A DNA stretch of 64,000 bases from Deltaproteobacteria bacterium (GCA_040218735.1 JAVJQW010000042.1:160001-224000), one strand, 5' to 3'; positions 9,954 through 19,871 are shown, counted from the stretch's first letter. Program-made: numbers and translations. The notes: generated by a model not told the origin, from the sequence alone.

Positions 9954-12154
9954 GCGCGAAGGTCCTCCGTCGCCTCAAGCGCGGATCGCTCTGCGAGATC
10001 CTCGAGGCGCGTTACGTCGAGCCCGACGGTGTCGAACGTCCGGTCGTGGTGAAGCGGCTCCTGAAGAAACACACGAAGGACGCACGCGCGCGCGTGTCTC
10101 TGGCGGAGGAGGCGCGCCTGTGCGCCGTGCTCGACCACCCGAACATCGTTTCGTTCCTCGACTCGGGTGAAGCCGAAGACCGCCCGTACCTCGTGCTCGA
10201 ACGCATCGACGGGCTCGACCTCGCGGACATCGCGGCGCAGACGTCGATCCCGCGCGAGGTCGCGTTGCACATCGCCGCGGAGATCCTGCGCGCGCTCGGT
10301 TACGTCCACGCGTTGACCGACGAGGACGACAACCCGCTGAACATCGTCCACCGCGACGTCACGCCCGGGAACGTGCTCGTGTCTTGGAACGGCGACGTGA
10401 AGCTCACGGACTTCGGGATCGCGCAGCAGGTGGAGCGCGCCGACGTGACGTTGGCCGGTCATCACAAGGGCACGGTGGCGTTCATGTCGCCGGAGCAGTC
10501 GCGCGGCGACGGGTGTGACCGCCGCGCGGATCTGTTTGCGATGGGGTGCCTGTTGCAGTGGATGCTCGTCGGGGAGTCGCCGCTCGATTCGCCGCAGGCG
10601 CGCCGCGCGGTGTTCGCGGGGGAGGACGCCGTTGTGGCCGAGTCCCTTTCCGACGACGTGGCGACGATCGTGCGGCGTGCGACGCGCGGTGCGCGCGAGG
10701 AGCGGTACACCAACGCGGCGGCGATGGGCGTGCACATCGCGTCGGTCTTCGTCGACGACGGGGTCACGGATCCGCGCGGGCGACTGCGCCGGTTCATGCG
10801 CAAGCTACGCGCCGCGTCGGCCGTCGCGGCGCCGCAGGCGATGCGGGATCTGTTCGACCCGTCGCTGCTCGGCGAGTCGCCCGGGGTGAGCTTCGACGAC
10901 CAGACTCACCTCGTCGAGGAGGACCTCGCGACCGACGCGGCGCAGACCGACCGCGCCGAGGTCCCCATCGCGGCGACGGTGCCAACCGCCTTCCCCGTCG
11001 ACACCGGGCCCACGATGGCGCCCGCGGGTCCGACCGTCGCGACCGCGGCGCCCGTGGACATGATCTCACCCGGTCAGGATCTCGCGGCGGCGCCGACGGT
11101 CGCGCAGCGTCCGGTGGCGATCGGCGAGTCCGACGCTTCGTCGCCGGGCCTCGCGTCCTGGTCGCTACCCTCCGGTGATGCTTCCGGGGCGTCCGCGCCG
11201 TCCGAGCCCGTCGACCCGTTGCCGACCGACGCGTCGTTGGAGAACGACACCGATCCGGTGACGACGGGCGGACAGCAGACGGAGCTCGAGCTTCAACTCC
11301 GCTCCGACGCCGGTCGTGTGATCCACGGCTACCGACTCACGGAACGCATCGCGCGCGGATCGAAGAGCACGCTCTACGCCGCCATCCACGAGACGCTCGG
11401 CTTCGAGTACTGCGTGCGGATCGTCGCGCGTCGCCCGAATGATTTGCAGGAGGCGGAGCGCATCCGCGACAACGCCCAGCGTGTCGGCCGCCTGCGCCTG
11501 CCGCACATCGCGCCGGTGATCGACTTCGGCTTCCTCGAGGACGGGCGGCCGTTCTCGACGATGGCGCGGATCGACGGGGCGACCCTCGCGGACTACGTCG
11601 GGCGATCGATTCCTTGGCCGCAGCTGCGAGTGTGGGTGCTCGACCTCGCGCGCGCGTTGGCTGCGGCCCATTCGGCGGGAGTCGTGCACGGGGACGTCGA
11701 GCTATCGAACGTCATCGTCGTCGCCGAGGAGCCGCGCCTCGTCGGCTTCGACATCGCGCAGCCCGACGGCGTGACCCCGGAGGACGACGTCTTTGGGTTG
11801 GGGTGGATCGCGTCGTACCTGCTCGACGGCGCCCCGCCCGAGAGCTTCCCCCCCGAGGCCGCCGTGCCCGAGGCCTTCCGGGAGCTCGTCTTCCGCATGT
11901 GCGACGAGCAAGAGGGGCGCCGGCCGAAGCTGTCGGAGGTCGTCTCGACCCTGGAGAGCATCCCGAGCGCGCCCCGCGATCCCGCGAGCGTCCTGCCGAA
12001 GCTCACGGAGGCGGGGGCGGCGCCGACGCAGGTCGGACAGCTCGTGGAGCAGAGCGCGGTGATCGAGCGCGCCGGCCCGCCGTGGGGCTGGTTGCTGCTG
12101 TTCATCGCGCTCGCGACCGTGGCGGGCGTGGTGACGTTCGAGATCCTCGCCTGA
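9950..12154 (+). CDS. Ser/Thr protein kinase with second degenerate kinase domain and C-terminal TM anchor
   Basis: Domain 1 VVVK, HRDVTPGN, DFG, SPE; domain 2 YCVR, HGDVELSN, VGFD. Confidence 0.9.
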
Positions 12155-12171
12155 CGAGCCCAAGAGACGAT

Positions 12172-12191
12172 CTGTCGAGCCCGCTCGACAG
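12172..12191. promoter_or_regulatory. Inverted repeat CTGTCGAGC-CC-GCTCGACAG (operator/enhancer or hairpin)
   Basis: Perfect 9-bp arms in the intergenic region; no U-tract. Confidence 0.35.
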
Positions 12192-12231
12192 GCGCGGCCG
12201 CGGATCACGGCCTCGACGGTGTCGCTTGGGC

Positions 12232-12247
12232 CGGCACGGGGGTTGCG
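12232..12247 (+). promoter_or_regulatory. Candidate sigma-54 (-24/-12) promoter
   Basis: CGGCAC-GGGGG-TTGCG matches TGGCAC-N5-TTGC with exact GG-N10-GC spacing, just upstream of the CDS at 12261. Confidence 0.6.
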
Positions 12248-12260
12248 TTAGCCGGCGCGC

Positions 12261-12692
12261 ATGAAAGCCGCCAGCCTCGCGATGACGCTCCTGACCCGCT
12301 CGAAGAGCGGCCAGCTCGTTTGGATGCGACGCGCCAAGAACGTGCTGCCGATGATCATCGAGATCGCGGCGACGCAGAAGGATCCGAAGACCGCGCTCGA
12401 GGAGGTGATGTCGCTCGTCGCGCTCGCGAAGTCGCTTCAGACCGACGGCGCCGTCCAGGCGGCGGGGGTCCTGGGTCGCGCGATCGCTTGTGACGAACGC
12501 GCCGTGAAGGTGCTGAACGACGCGGACCCGCAGCGCAAGGCGATCCGCGCCGTCGAGCGACTGGCGCGCGCGACGCCGGAGCGCATCAAGCGGGCGCCGC
12601 ACGTCGCCGCGGTTTCGACCGGCCAGATGAAGATCAAGGACCTGTTGCGTCCCGGCGCGGAGCGACCGCGCCAGCCGCGGATGCGGCGCTGA
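12261..12692 (+). CDS. Hypothetical protein
   Basis: 143-aa ORF with host-like codon usage filling the gap; the true start could be 12282. Confidence 0.65.
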   Translation: MKAASLAMTLLTRSKSGQLVWMRRAKNVLPMIIEIAATQKDPKTALEEVMSLVALAKSLQTDGAVQAAGVLGRAIACDERAVKVLNDADPQRKAIRAVERLARATPERIKRAPHVAAVSTGQMKIKDLLRPGAERPRQPRMRR

Positions 12693-12728
12693 ACCTATTT
12701 TTTGAGAACCACCAAGGAAAGGGATTCG

Positions 12729-13553
12729 ATGCAGAACACGATTCATGGCTCAGGAGGGCCGTCTTTTCTCAACCTCTTCGGCGGCAGCGGGCAGGACCCG
12801 TTCAGCAATTGGCTGGACGACACGCTGTCGAGCTTCACGCAGGGCTCCGGCGCGCCCGGCGCCCAGAACCTCACCCAGTCGATGCAGGGCATCGAGCCGG
12901 GGATGGGCGCCCAGGACATGCAGCAGCTTCAGCAGCAGATGATGCAGTACATGCTGCCGATGCTGCTTCAGTTCATGCAGCAGTTCCTCGATATGTTCGA
13001 GCAGATGCAGCAGCAGGCCGGACAGCAACCAGGCGAAGGCCAGGGCGGCGGCTGCGGCGGTGCGGGGTCCCCGAGCGGCGCGGGCTCGCCGAACGCGACG
13101 CCCCCCGCCGACTCCGGCTCCACCGGCACCAACGCCGACGGCGGTGACTGCGGATGCAGCGGCTCACCCTCGGACTCGGTCGACACCGCGCCGGACACGA
13201 GCGGCCCGGACGAACCGGTCGACACGGCGCCCGACACGAGCGGCCCCGGCTGCGGCGCGGAGGAGCCGGTCGACGCGGCGCCGGACGGCTGTGACGACGT
13301 CGAAGCGCCGGCCGACACCGATGGCCCGCAGTGCGACGCCGAGCCCGACGTGGCCGAGGACCCCGCCGACTGCGCGGCGCCCGACGTCCAAGAGGGCGGC
13401 GAGGTCGCGGGTGAGTGCGACGGCCCCGACGCCAGCGCCGACGCGGACGCGGACGCCAGCGCGGACGCGGACGCCGACGCGGCGGACGCGGGCTGCGAGG
13501 CCGCCGACGTGGGCGAGGGTGACTACGGCGGCGACCAGGCCTGCGGCTGGTAG
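12729..13553 (+). CDS. Low-complexity Gln/Met-rich then Asp/Ala/Cys-rich protein
   Basis: Strong RBS AAGGAAAGGGA; MQQLQQQMMQ helix; DTAPDTSGP twice; DADADAS repeats. Confidence 0.8.
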   Translation: MQNTIHGSGGPSFLNLFGGSGQDPFSNWLDDTLSSFTQGSGAPGAQNLTQSMQGIEPGMGAQDMQQLQQQMMQYMLPMLLQFMQQFLDMFEQMQQQAGQQPGEGQGGGCGGAGSPSGAGSPNATPPADSGSTGTNADGGDCGCSGSPSDSVDTAPDTSGPDEPVDTAPDTSGPGCGAEEPVDAAPDGCDDVEAPADTDGPQCDAEPDVAEDPADCAAPDVQEGGEVAGECDGPDASADADADASADADADAADAGCEAADVGEGDYGGDQACGW

Positions 13554-13600
13554 TCCGGAGCGCGTCGACGTCCTGAGCCACCGGGTGCTACCAACACGCG

Positions 13601-14617
13601 GTGGCTCCGTTCACGTGCAGCGCGCATCGAAGGCAGACCGCCGGGTGGCAGTGCGGCGCTTGCGACCGAATGTTGTGCCCGGATTGCGCGGCGCTCCGTC
13701 GGACGAACGCGCAGGCCTACGCGCACCACGCCGCGGCCGAAGCGGGCGACTCGCTCAACGCCAACATCCTCGTGCTCTGCGTGCACTGCGGCGGCGTCGC
13801 GCGCACGCTGACGCGACGCCGCGACATCCCGAAGTTCTACGAGCGTCGCGGATACACCGCCTTCCTCAACACGATGTTCTCGAACAGCGGCGTGCTGCAG
13901 GTCGCTGCCGTCGGGATCATGATGTACCTCGTCGGGTTGCTCCCCGGGAACCTCGGCCTCGGCCTGTCGCGCTTCGTCTTCGTCAGCTACTTCTTCCACG
14001 TCATCCATCGCACCGCGCACGGCGAGACCGCGCTCCCGTGGCCGGCCGACTTCCTCGGCGCCGAGAGTTTCATCGTCGTCACACGCTATTCGTTCGGCAC
14101 GCTGCTCGTGCTCGGACCGGCGCTCGTCTACACACTCTGGGGCATCTCGCTCTGGGAGCTCACGCACAACGTCGAGCACGTCATTCAAACGCGCATCTTC
14201 GACCCGTTCCCGCTGACGATGCTGATCCTCGGCGCGGTCTACTACCCCGCCGCGATCATCGCCGGCGCGGTCGCCGAGTCCGTCCTCGCGATGATCAACC
14301 CGCTGATCACCATTCGCCTCATCCTGCGCATCCCCGCGCAGTACGCGATCACCGTCGCGACCTGGGCGGCGCTCACCATCGCGGACTTCCTCTGGACCCT
14401 CGGCGTGGATGCCGCCGTCGCCGCGATCCCGATCGCGTTCATCCCGAAGCTCGTCGGCGTGATCCTCACGCTCCCGCTGCGCCTCACGGTCGGGTGGATG
14501 CTCGGCCGCCTCGTCTTCCAGAACGCCGAGGAGTTCGGCATCGTGCGCGAGGAGCTCCTCGTCGAGCCGGCGCTTCCGGGCGTCGCCCCGCGCGGCGAGG
14601 TCAGCCGCTCTCCTTGA
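13601..14617 (+). CDS. Polytopic membrane protein with N-terminal B-box-like zinc finger
   Basis: CxxH...CxxC...CxxC...CxxC followed by about six TM helices. Confidence 0.75.
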   Translation: MAPFTCSAHRRQTAGWQCGACDRMLCPDCAALRRTNAQAYAHHAAAEAGDSLNANILVLCVHCGGVARTLTRRRDIPKFYERRGYTAFLNTMFSNSGVLQVAAVGIMMYLVGLLPGNLGLGLSRFVFVSYFFHVIHRTAHGETALPWPADFLGAESFIVVTRYSFGTLLVLGPALVYTLWGISLWELTHNVEHVIQTRIFDPFPLTMLILGAVYYPAAIIAGAVAESVLAMINPLITIRLILRIPAQYAITVATWAALTIADFLWTLGVDAAVAAIPIAFIPKLVGVILTLPLRLTVGWMLGRLVFQNAEEFGIVREELLVEPALPGVAPRGEVSRSP

Positions 14618-15092
14618 GGTAGCCAGACGTCTGGCCGAGCACGAACCCCACGAGCATCCCGGTGCTCTTCTCGTAGTGACGCGAGCCCTGCGCCCGTCCG
14701 CAGAGTCCGTCGACGCGAAACGCCTCCCAGTTTCGATACTTCTGCGCCTTGCTCACGGTGCCGCACGGCGTACGTTTGCCGGGGGCGCGCCCCTCCGGCG
14801 GTAGCCAGAGACGACCGAGGTCGTACGCGCCGATCACGTTGGTCTCCGGGACGAGTCGTTCGTCGACGCGGAGCGGCTCGAAGGTCTCGCCGGGCTCCGT
14901 CGATTCGATCGTCATCTCGTACACGTTGCCCTGCTTCGCGAGCGACACCTTGACGTCGTACTCGGCGACGTCTGCGCCCATCGGCTGCGAGACGCGATAG
15001 ACCATGTAGCTGCCGTCGACGACCGGAGCACCTTCGCCCGAGCTCTTCGTGCACGCGGTCGCGAGCAAAGCGATCAACACCCAACGTTTCAT
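14601..15092 (-). CDS. Hypothetical lipoprotein
   Basis: MKRWVLIALLATAC lipobox; GGAGG RBS; ATG overlaps the upstream TGA. Confidence 0.75.
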   Translation of the reverse strand: MKRWVLIALLATACTKSSGEGAPVVDGSYMVYRVSQPMGADVAEYDVKVSLAKQGNVYEMTIESTEPGETFEPLRVDERLVPETNVIGAYDLGRLWLPPEGRAPGKRTPCGTVSKAQKYRNWEAFRVDGLCGRAQGSRHYEKSTGMLVGFVLGQTSGYLKESG

Positions 15093-16171
15093 GGAACCTC
15101 CGTGACCACGACGGCGCTGATCGCCGCGCGCTGCTGACTGCACACCGACCACCCGATCTGCCCGCCCCGAATGTCCACGCGTTGGAGCGGCTTGCTCATG
15201 AGCTGCTTGCCGTTCGTGTAGTACGTCATCCGGTTGCCGCGGACCTCGAGGAGGTGGCGGTTCGAGTTCTTGCCCTTGCCGACGGTCGCCGTGTGTTTGT
15301 TCCACGGCATCGGGTCGTCGATGTGGTCACCGCCGAGGTACTGCCCCGCGAACGTCCACCCGTTCCCGGAGGCGGCGAAGAAGTAGTAGTTCTTCTTGCT
15401 CTCGCCGAGCACCAGCCCGTACGCGCTGTCGTCGACGCCGCTGCGCCACGTCGTCATCCACGTGATGTCGAAGTTCGCGGGCAGCTTCATCCCGAGCGGG
15501 ACGATCTCGATCGAGCAGCGATCGTTCTTCACCTGCATCCAGTACTCGCGCGCGCCGAGGCCCGCGGCGTAGTACTTCCCGGTCGTCGTCTTCCAGCCGT
15601 GCGCGTTGTTCGCGAAGTACTCGACCCAGATGTCGCGCCGCTTGGTGGGCGTCGCAGAGGGCGGCGGAGGCGGCGGTGGCGGGCTGCGCGCCAGCTTCCG
15701 CGCGGCGGCGGAGAGCGTGGTCGGGCCGACGAGGGTCTCGACGGCCTTCGAGATCGACGCCATCACCCCCTCCTCGTTGCACTTCCCCTCTTGCGTCGCC
15801 GCGTGCTCGGTCGCGGCGCTCGCCAGGTCGTAGACACTCACCGTCACGACGCACGTCTTTCCGATCCTCAGGAGCTTCGTGCTGATCGACTTCCCCGCCG
15901 CGAGCTCCTTGCCGATCTCGATCTGGCAGCTCTGGTCGTAGCAGCTCTTGTACGACTCGGCCTTCTGCCCGCGCAGCCGTCCGCGGACCTCGTCGTTCGG
16001 GATGACGTGGTAGGCGCCCGACGCCGTGAGCTTCGCCGCGAGGTAGTCGGTCAGGTTGGAGATGACGCCCGACTTCAGGCGCGCGCCGCGGTCTTCGATG
16101 TCGAACACCGCGACGATCGGCGGTCCGTTCGCGGCGAGCAGCGCAAACGCAGCGAAGGTCGGGCCCAACAT
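15089..16171 (-). CDS. Secreted two-domain protein (CsgG/TolB-N-like domain, Pro linker, ConA-like domain)
   Basis: IVAVFDIE...LTDYLAAKL...CYDQSCQIEIGKEL; poly-Pro linker; YGLV...NRHLLEVRGN...YYTNG beta-sandwich. Confidence 0.7.
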   Translation of the reverse strand: MLGPTFAAFALLAANGPPIVAVFDIEDRGARLKSGVISNLTDYLAAKLTASGAYHVIPNDEVRGRLRGQKAESYKSCYDQSCQIEIGKELAAGKSISTKLLRIGKTCVVTVSVYDLASAATEHAATQEGKCNEEGVMASISKAVETLVGPTTLSAAARKLARSPPPPPPPPSATPTKRRDIWVEYFANNAHGWKTTTGKYYAAGLGAREYWMQVKNDRCSIEIVPLGMKLPANFDITWMTTWRSGVDDSAYGLVLGESKKNYYFFAASGNGWTFAGQYLGGDHIDDPMPWNKHTATVGKGKNSNRHLLEVRGNRMTYYTNGKQLMSKPLQRVDIRGGQIGWSVCSQQRAAISAVVVTEVP

Positions 16172-16190
16172 CGGCCCAGCGTACCCGACT

Positions 16191-17510
16191 CTACGAGAGG
16201 CGGTCGAGGGCGGTGGACAGGCGACCCTTGATGCTCTCGCAGTCCGCCTTCGACACCGCGCCGACGCTCGCGCGGAACCAGCCCGTGTCCTCGCGGACGC
16301 CGAAACACGTGAACGGAACGAGCGCGACGCCGGCGGCCTCGAGCAGATACTTCCGCGTCTGTTCGTCGGTCTCGATCGTGACCCCGTCGGGGGTCTTCTT
16401 CCCGCGGAGATCGAGGCGCATCGACAGGTAGATCGCCCCCTGCGGCGCGACGGACTCCACGTTCCAGCCCTTCTCGCGCAGCGACGACACGGCCTCGTCG
16501 ATCAGCTTCAGCCGCGCGAGCACTTCGCCGCGCATGAGCGTGAGGTGCTGGTCGATCGCGCGATCGTCGTCGAGGAGCGCCTTCGTCGCGATCTGCTCCG
16601 GCCGCGGCGCCCACGCGCCGAGGTGCGTGAGGATCGCGCTCATGCGGCTGATGACGTCCTGCGGTCCGAGCGCCCAGCCGACCCGCAGGCCGGTGCCCGC
16701 GAAGCCCTTCGAGATGCCGTCCACGAAGATCGTATACGGCGCCACCTCGGGCACGAGGTTCACGGGCGTGGCGTGCTCCACGCCGTCGAACACGAGGAGC
16801 CAGTACACCTGATCGAACATCAGGTAGAGCAGCGGGCGTCCGTCGGACTTGCGGCGCTCGTTCTCCTCCACCACGCGACGCGCGATGTGCTCGAGCTGGT
16901 CCTTCGGCATCACCGTGCCGGTCGGGTTCTGCGGCGTGTTCAGGCAGAGGAGCCGCGCCGTCGACAGGTGTGCCTCGATTTGTTCCACCGTCGGGAAGAA
17001 GGACGTCTCGACGGTGGTCGCCACTTCGACGCCCTTGGCGCCGGTCAGCGTGCAGTAGTGGTTGTTGTTCCAGGAGGGCGCGCCGTAGACGACCTCGTCG
17101 CCCGGATCGATCAGCGCGAGGTACGAGCCCGCGATCATCGGGCGCGCGCCGCCCGCGATCAGCACGGACTCGACGGGGTACTTCAGCCCGAGGCGTCGCT
17201 CGAACATGTCGCGCACCGACTCGCGGAGCTCGAGCACGCCGCTCGACGGCGGGTAGTTGGTGTGGCCGGCGGCGAGCGCCTTCGTGATGCCGGTGGAGAG
17301 CTGCTCCGGCACCGGGAACTCGCGGCTGGAGAAGTCACCGACGGTAAGGTTGAGGATGCTGTCGCCCTGGGCGATGCGCGCACGGACTTCGGCGGCGATC
17401 TTGAGGATCTCGCTCCCGACCAGTTTGGAGGCCATGGACGAGATGCCGCGTTCCGCGGTGCCCATCGCCTTCGTGGACTCGAGGGTCGAGGTCAGATCGA
17501 TCGTCTCCAT
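16191..17510 (-). CDS. PLP-dependent aminotransferase class I/II (aspartate aminotransferase-like)
   Basis: NLTVGD, TNYPPSSG, NTPQNPTG, DQVY, GISKGFAGTGLRVGW, WFRAS. Confidence 0.92.
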   Translation of the reverse strand: METIDLTSTLESTKAMGTAERGISSMASKLVGSEILKIAAEVRARIAQGDSILNLTVGDFSSREFPVPEQLSTGITKALAAGHTNYPPSSGVLELRESVRDMFERRLGLKYPVESVLIAGGARPMIAGSYLALIDPGDEVVYGAPSWNNNHYCTLTGAKGVEVATTVETSFFPTVEQIEAHLSTARLLCLNTPQNPTGTVMPKDQLEHIARRVVEENERRKSDGRPLLYLMFDQVYWLLVFDGVEHATPVNLVPEVAPYTIFVDGISKGFAGTGLRVGWALGPQDVISRMSAILTHLGAWAPRPEQIATKALLDDDRAIDQHLTLMRGEVLARLKLIDEAVSSLREKGWNVESVAPQGAIYLSMRLDLRGKKTPDGVTIETDEQTRKYLLEAAGVALVPFTCFGVREDTGWFRASVGAVSKADCESIKGRLSTALDRLS

Positions 17511-17521
17511 GCGCTCTCCTT

Positions 17522-17797
17522 CTATCGGCCGTTGTTGGTCAGTCCGCACGCCGCGTAGTCCTCGCGGTCGAGGGCTTGGCAGTCACACGTGTCGAGGAGG
17601 TTCGAGCAGCGCTCGGCTTCCTCGGTGGATGTCTCGCGCTCGCCGGCGCGCTGGATCCTCAGCAGGCAGGACTGCTCCTGCGAGCCGTTGATCTCGCAGC
17701 TGCAGATCCGCTCCGCGAGCGAGTTGCAGGGACCGTCACAGCCCACCGCGGCGAACGCGAAGATCGCGAAGAGCGCCGCACTAACCCGCCGGGACAC
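17522..17797 (-). CDS. Small Cys-rich lipoprotein
   Basis: AAVGC lipobox followed by eight further Cys in about 70 aa; GTG start inferred. Confidence 0.7.
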   Translation of the reverse strand: MSRRVSAALFAIFAFAAVGCDGPCNSLAERICSCEINGSQEQSCLLRIQRAGERETSTEEAERCSNLLDTCDCQALDREDYAACGLTNNGR

Positions 17798-18113
17798 AGA
17801 CCCGCGTGTCGTCCGCGGACGAACAGCGGTAGCCGTCGCGGCAGTCGTTCTCACTCTCGCACTCGTCGAGACAAAAAGCGTCGAAACTGACATCCCTGAA
17901 AGCGATGCCCCTAACGCAGCTGGATCCGAGTGGACAAGAGCCAAGCGTGCAGTCGACCTCGGTGCAATACCCGGCCGGCCAGCGCAGGATGCACGCGGCG
18001 TTCGCCGCCGTGCCGCAGTCGTCGCCGCCCTCGCAGGGGGACCCAAGGACCTGAGCGTCGCCGCCGGAGCAGGCGAGCGCGAGCAGGAGGCCCCATACGG
18101 CGCGCCGCATCAT
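17781..18113 (-). CDS. Small Cys-rich lipoprotein
   Basis: MMRRAVWGLLLALAC; GSPC...DDC...GYCT...CRDGYRC repeat typical of myxobacteria; start overlaps the upstream stop. Confidence 0.75.
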   Translation of the reverse strand: MMRRAVWGLLLALACSGGDAQVLGSPCEGGDDCGTAANAACILRWPAGYCTEVDCTLGSCPLGSSCVRGIAFRDVSFDAFCLDECESENDCRDGYRCSSADDTRVCVPAG

Positions 18114-19096
18114 GCGCGCCCGAGCGCCTGCCGGAACGCGCGGCGCACGAACACCGGCACCATTTCGCGGCGGTAGGCGGGCTCCGTCGCGATGTTGCTC
18201 AGCGGCTTGCAGCGCTTGTAGGCGACCTCGGCGATCTGGCCGATCGTCGCCTTGTCCAGCGCGCGACCACGCAGTGCGTCGACGTCGAGCTTCACCCGCA
18301 CCGGGCGCGACGCGAGCGCGGTCACGCACACGTCGACGTCCTCGATCGCGTCGTCCACGAGCCGAGCGCGGACCGCCACGCCGAGCTCCGGGAAGTCGAT
18401 CGCCGCGCGCGTGCGGAGCTTCGCGTACGCCATCACCGTGCCCGCCTCGGGGACCGGGACATGGATCGCCGTCACGAGGTCGTCGTCGGCGCGCGCCTGA
18501 TTGAAGATGCCGTCCGTCGTGTAGAAGTCCTCGATCGCGACGCGCCGGGCGCCCTCCGCGTTGTGGATCTCCAGCTCGGCGCCGAGGGTCATGAGGACCG
18601 GCGCGCTGTCGTTGCTCGCCGCCGCGACGCACCGACGCCCGCCCTTCACGACGTGGCACACCGTGCCGTCGCGCTTCAGGCAGAACCCGAGCGCGCTGCG
18701 CCAGAAGTAGGTCTGGTTGATGTACACGCAGCGAGTGTCGAGGCAGACGTTGCCGCCGATCGTCCCCATCCGACGCAGCTGCGGGCCGGCGATCTGATCC
18801 GCCGCCTCGGCGAGCGCGGGGATGTGCTCGAGGACGAGCGGGTCCTTGGCGAGATCGTGCAGCGTGGTCAGCGCGCCGATGCGCAGGGTGTCGCCGTCCC
18901 GAGTCACGCCGACGAGATCCGGTATGCGCCACAGCCCGACCACCACGTCGGGCGTGGTGATCTCGTGTTTCATGTTGGGCATCAGGTCCGTGCCGCCGGC
19001 CATCGGCCGGGCACGACCCTCGTGCTCACGCAGCAGCGCGGTCGCCTCGGCGACCGAGGTCGGTTCGGCGACTTCGAACTTCGGGAGGCGGAGCAT
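18110..19096 (-). CDS. FAD-binding subunit of the xanthine dehydrogenase family, 4-hydroxybenzoyl-CoA reductase beta (HcrB)-like
   Basis: AGGTDL, RIGAL, GTIGGN, plus Cys-rich insert CLDTRC...CLKRDGTVCH...RC typical of the [4Fe-4S]-bearing HcrB type. Confidence 0.88.
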   Translation of the reverse strand: MLRLPKFEVAEPTSVAEATALLREHEGRARPMAGGTDLMPNMKHEITTPDVVVGLWRIPDLVGVTRDGDTLRIGALTTLHDLAKDPLVLEHIPALAEAADQIAGPQLRRMGTIGGNVCLDTRCVYINQTYFWRSALGFCLKRDGTVCHVVKGGRRCVAAASNDSAPVLMTLGAELEIHNAEGARRVAIEDFYTTDGIFNQARADDDLVTAIHVPVPEAGTVMAYAKLRTRAAIDFPELGVAVRARLVDDAIEDVDVCVTALASRPVRVKLDVDALRGRALDKATIGQIAEVAYKRCKPLSNIATEPAYRREMVPVFVRRAFRQALGRA

Positions 19097-19176
19097 CGGC
19101 CGCCCCATCCGAGCCCAGCGACGGCACCTCGTCAAGGGTTGTGCGTTCACGCGCTCCATGGGTATGGGCGCCGCCG

Positions 19177-19809
19177 ATGCGCACGATCGATCGCGCCACG
19201 TGGGCTCGCCGGTCACACTTCGAGCTGTTTCGCGGAATGGCGTATCCCTACGTGTCGTTGACGGCGCCGGTCGACGTGTCGCCGATCCGTGATCTCGTCG
19301 CGCGCCGCGGTGGCGGGCTCTTCAAGCCGACGCTGTGGGCGGTGAGCACGGCCGCCAACGCGGTCCCCGCGCTGCGGCAGCGTATCCGTGGTGACACGGT
19401 GGTCGAACACGAGGTCGTGCACCCGTCGTACACGGCGCTCGCGACGGACGCGGTGTTCAACTACTGCACGGTCGATCACGACGAGGCGATCGAGGCGTTC
19501 TTCGCTTCGGTGGATCGCGCGAATGCGGCCGTGGCGAACCAGACGGAGCTCGTCCCCGACGCCCCGCACCGCGACGACCTCCTCTTCCTCAGCGCGATCC
19601 CCTGGCGCCGCATCACGTCGTTCGGGCACCCGGTGCCGCTCGATCCCCCCGACAGCTTCCCGCGTATCTCCTGGTCGCGGATCGAGACGAACGGCGAGGT
19701 GTCGATGCAGGTCACCGCGAACCACGCCCTCGTCGATGGCGTTCACATCGCGCGGTTCTTCGACGCGGTGGAAGACGCCGCGCGCCGTGTCGCCGCTGCG
19801 CTCGACTGA
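19177..19809 (+). CDS. CatA-like O-acetyltransferase (chloramphenicol acetyltransferase family)
   Basis: IDxxTWxRxxHF N-terminus, SAIPW, FPRISW, NHALVDGVH catalytic His motif. Confidence 0.88.
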   Translation: MRTIDRATWARRSHFELFRGMAYPYVSLTAPVDVSPIRDLVARRGGGLFKPTLWAVSTAANAVPALRQRIRGDTVVEHEVVHPSYTALATDAVFNYCTVDHDEAIEAFFASVDRANAAVANQTELVPDAPHRDDLLFLSAIPWRRITSFGHPVPLDPPDSFPRISWSRIETNGEVSMQVTANHALVDGVHIARFFDAVEDAARRVAAALD

Positions 19810-19871
19810 GCTGAATAAACCGACCGTCCTCCCGGCACGAACACATCGGGAGCGTCATGAACGGTCTCGCG

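Noticed and set aside
12690-12715. hrp-box-like GAACC...CCACCAA before the harpin-like gene
   Set aside because: Spacer is 13 nt rather than 15-16 and the first G of GGAACC is missing
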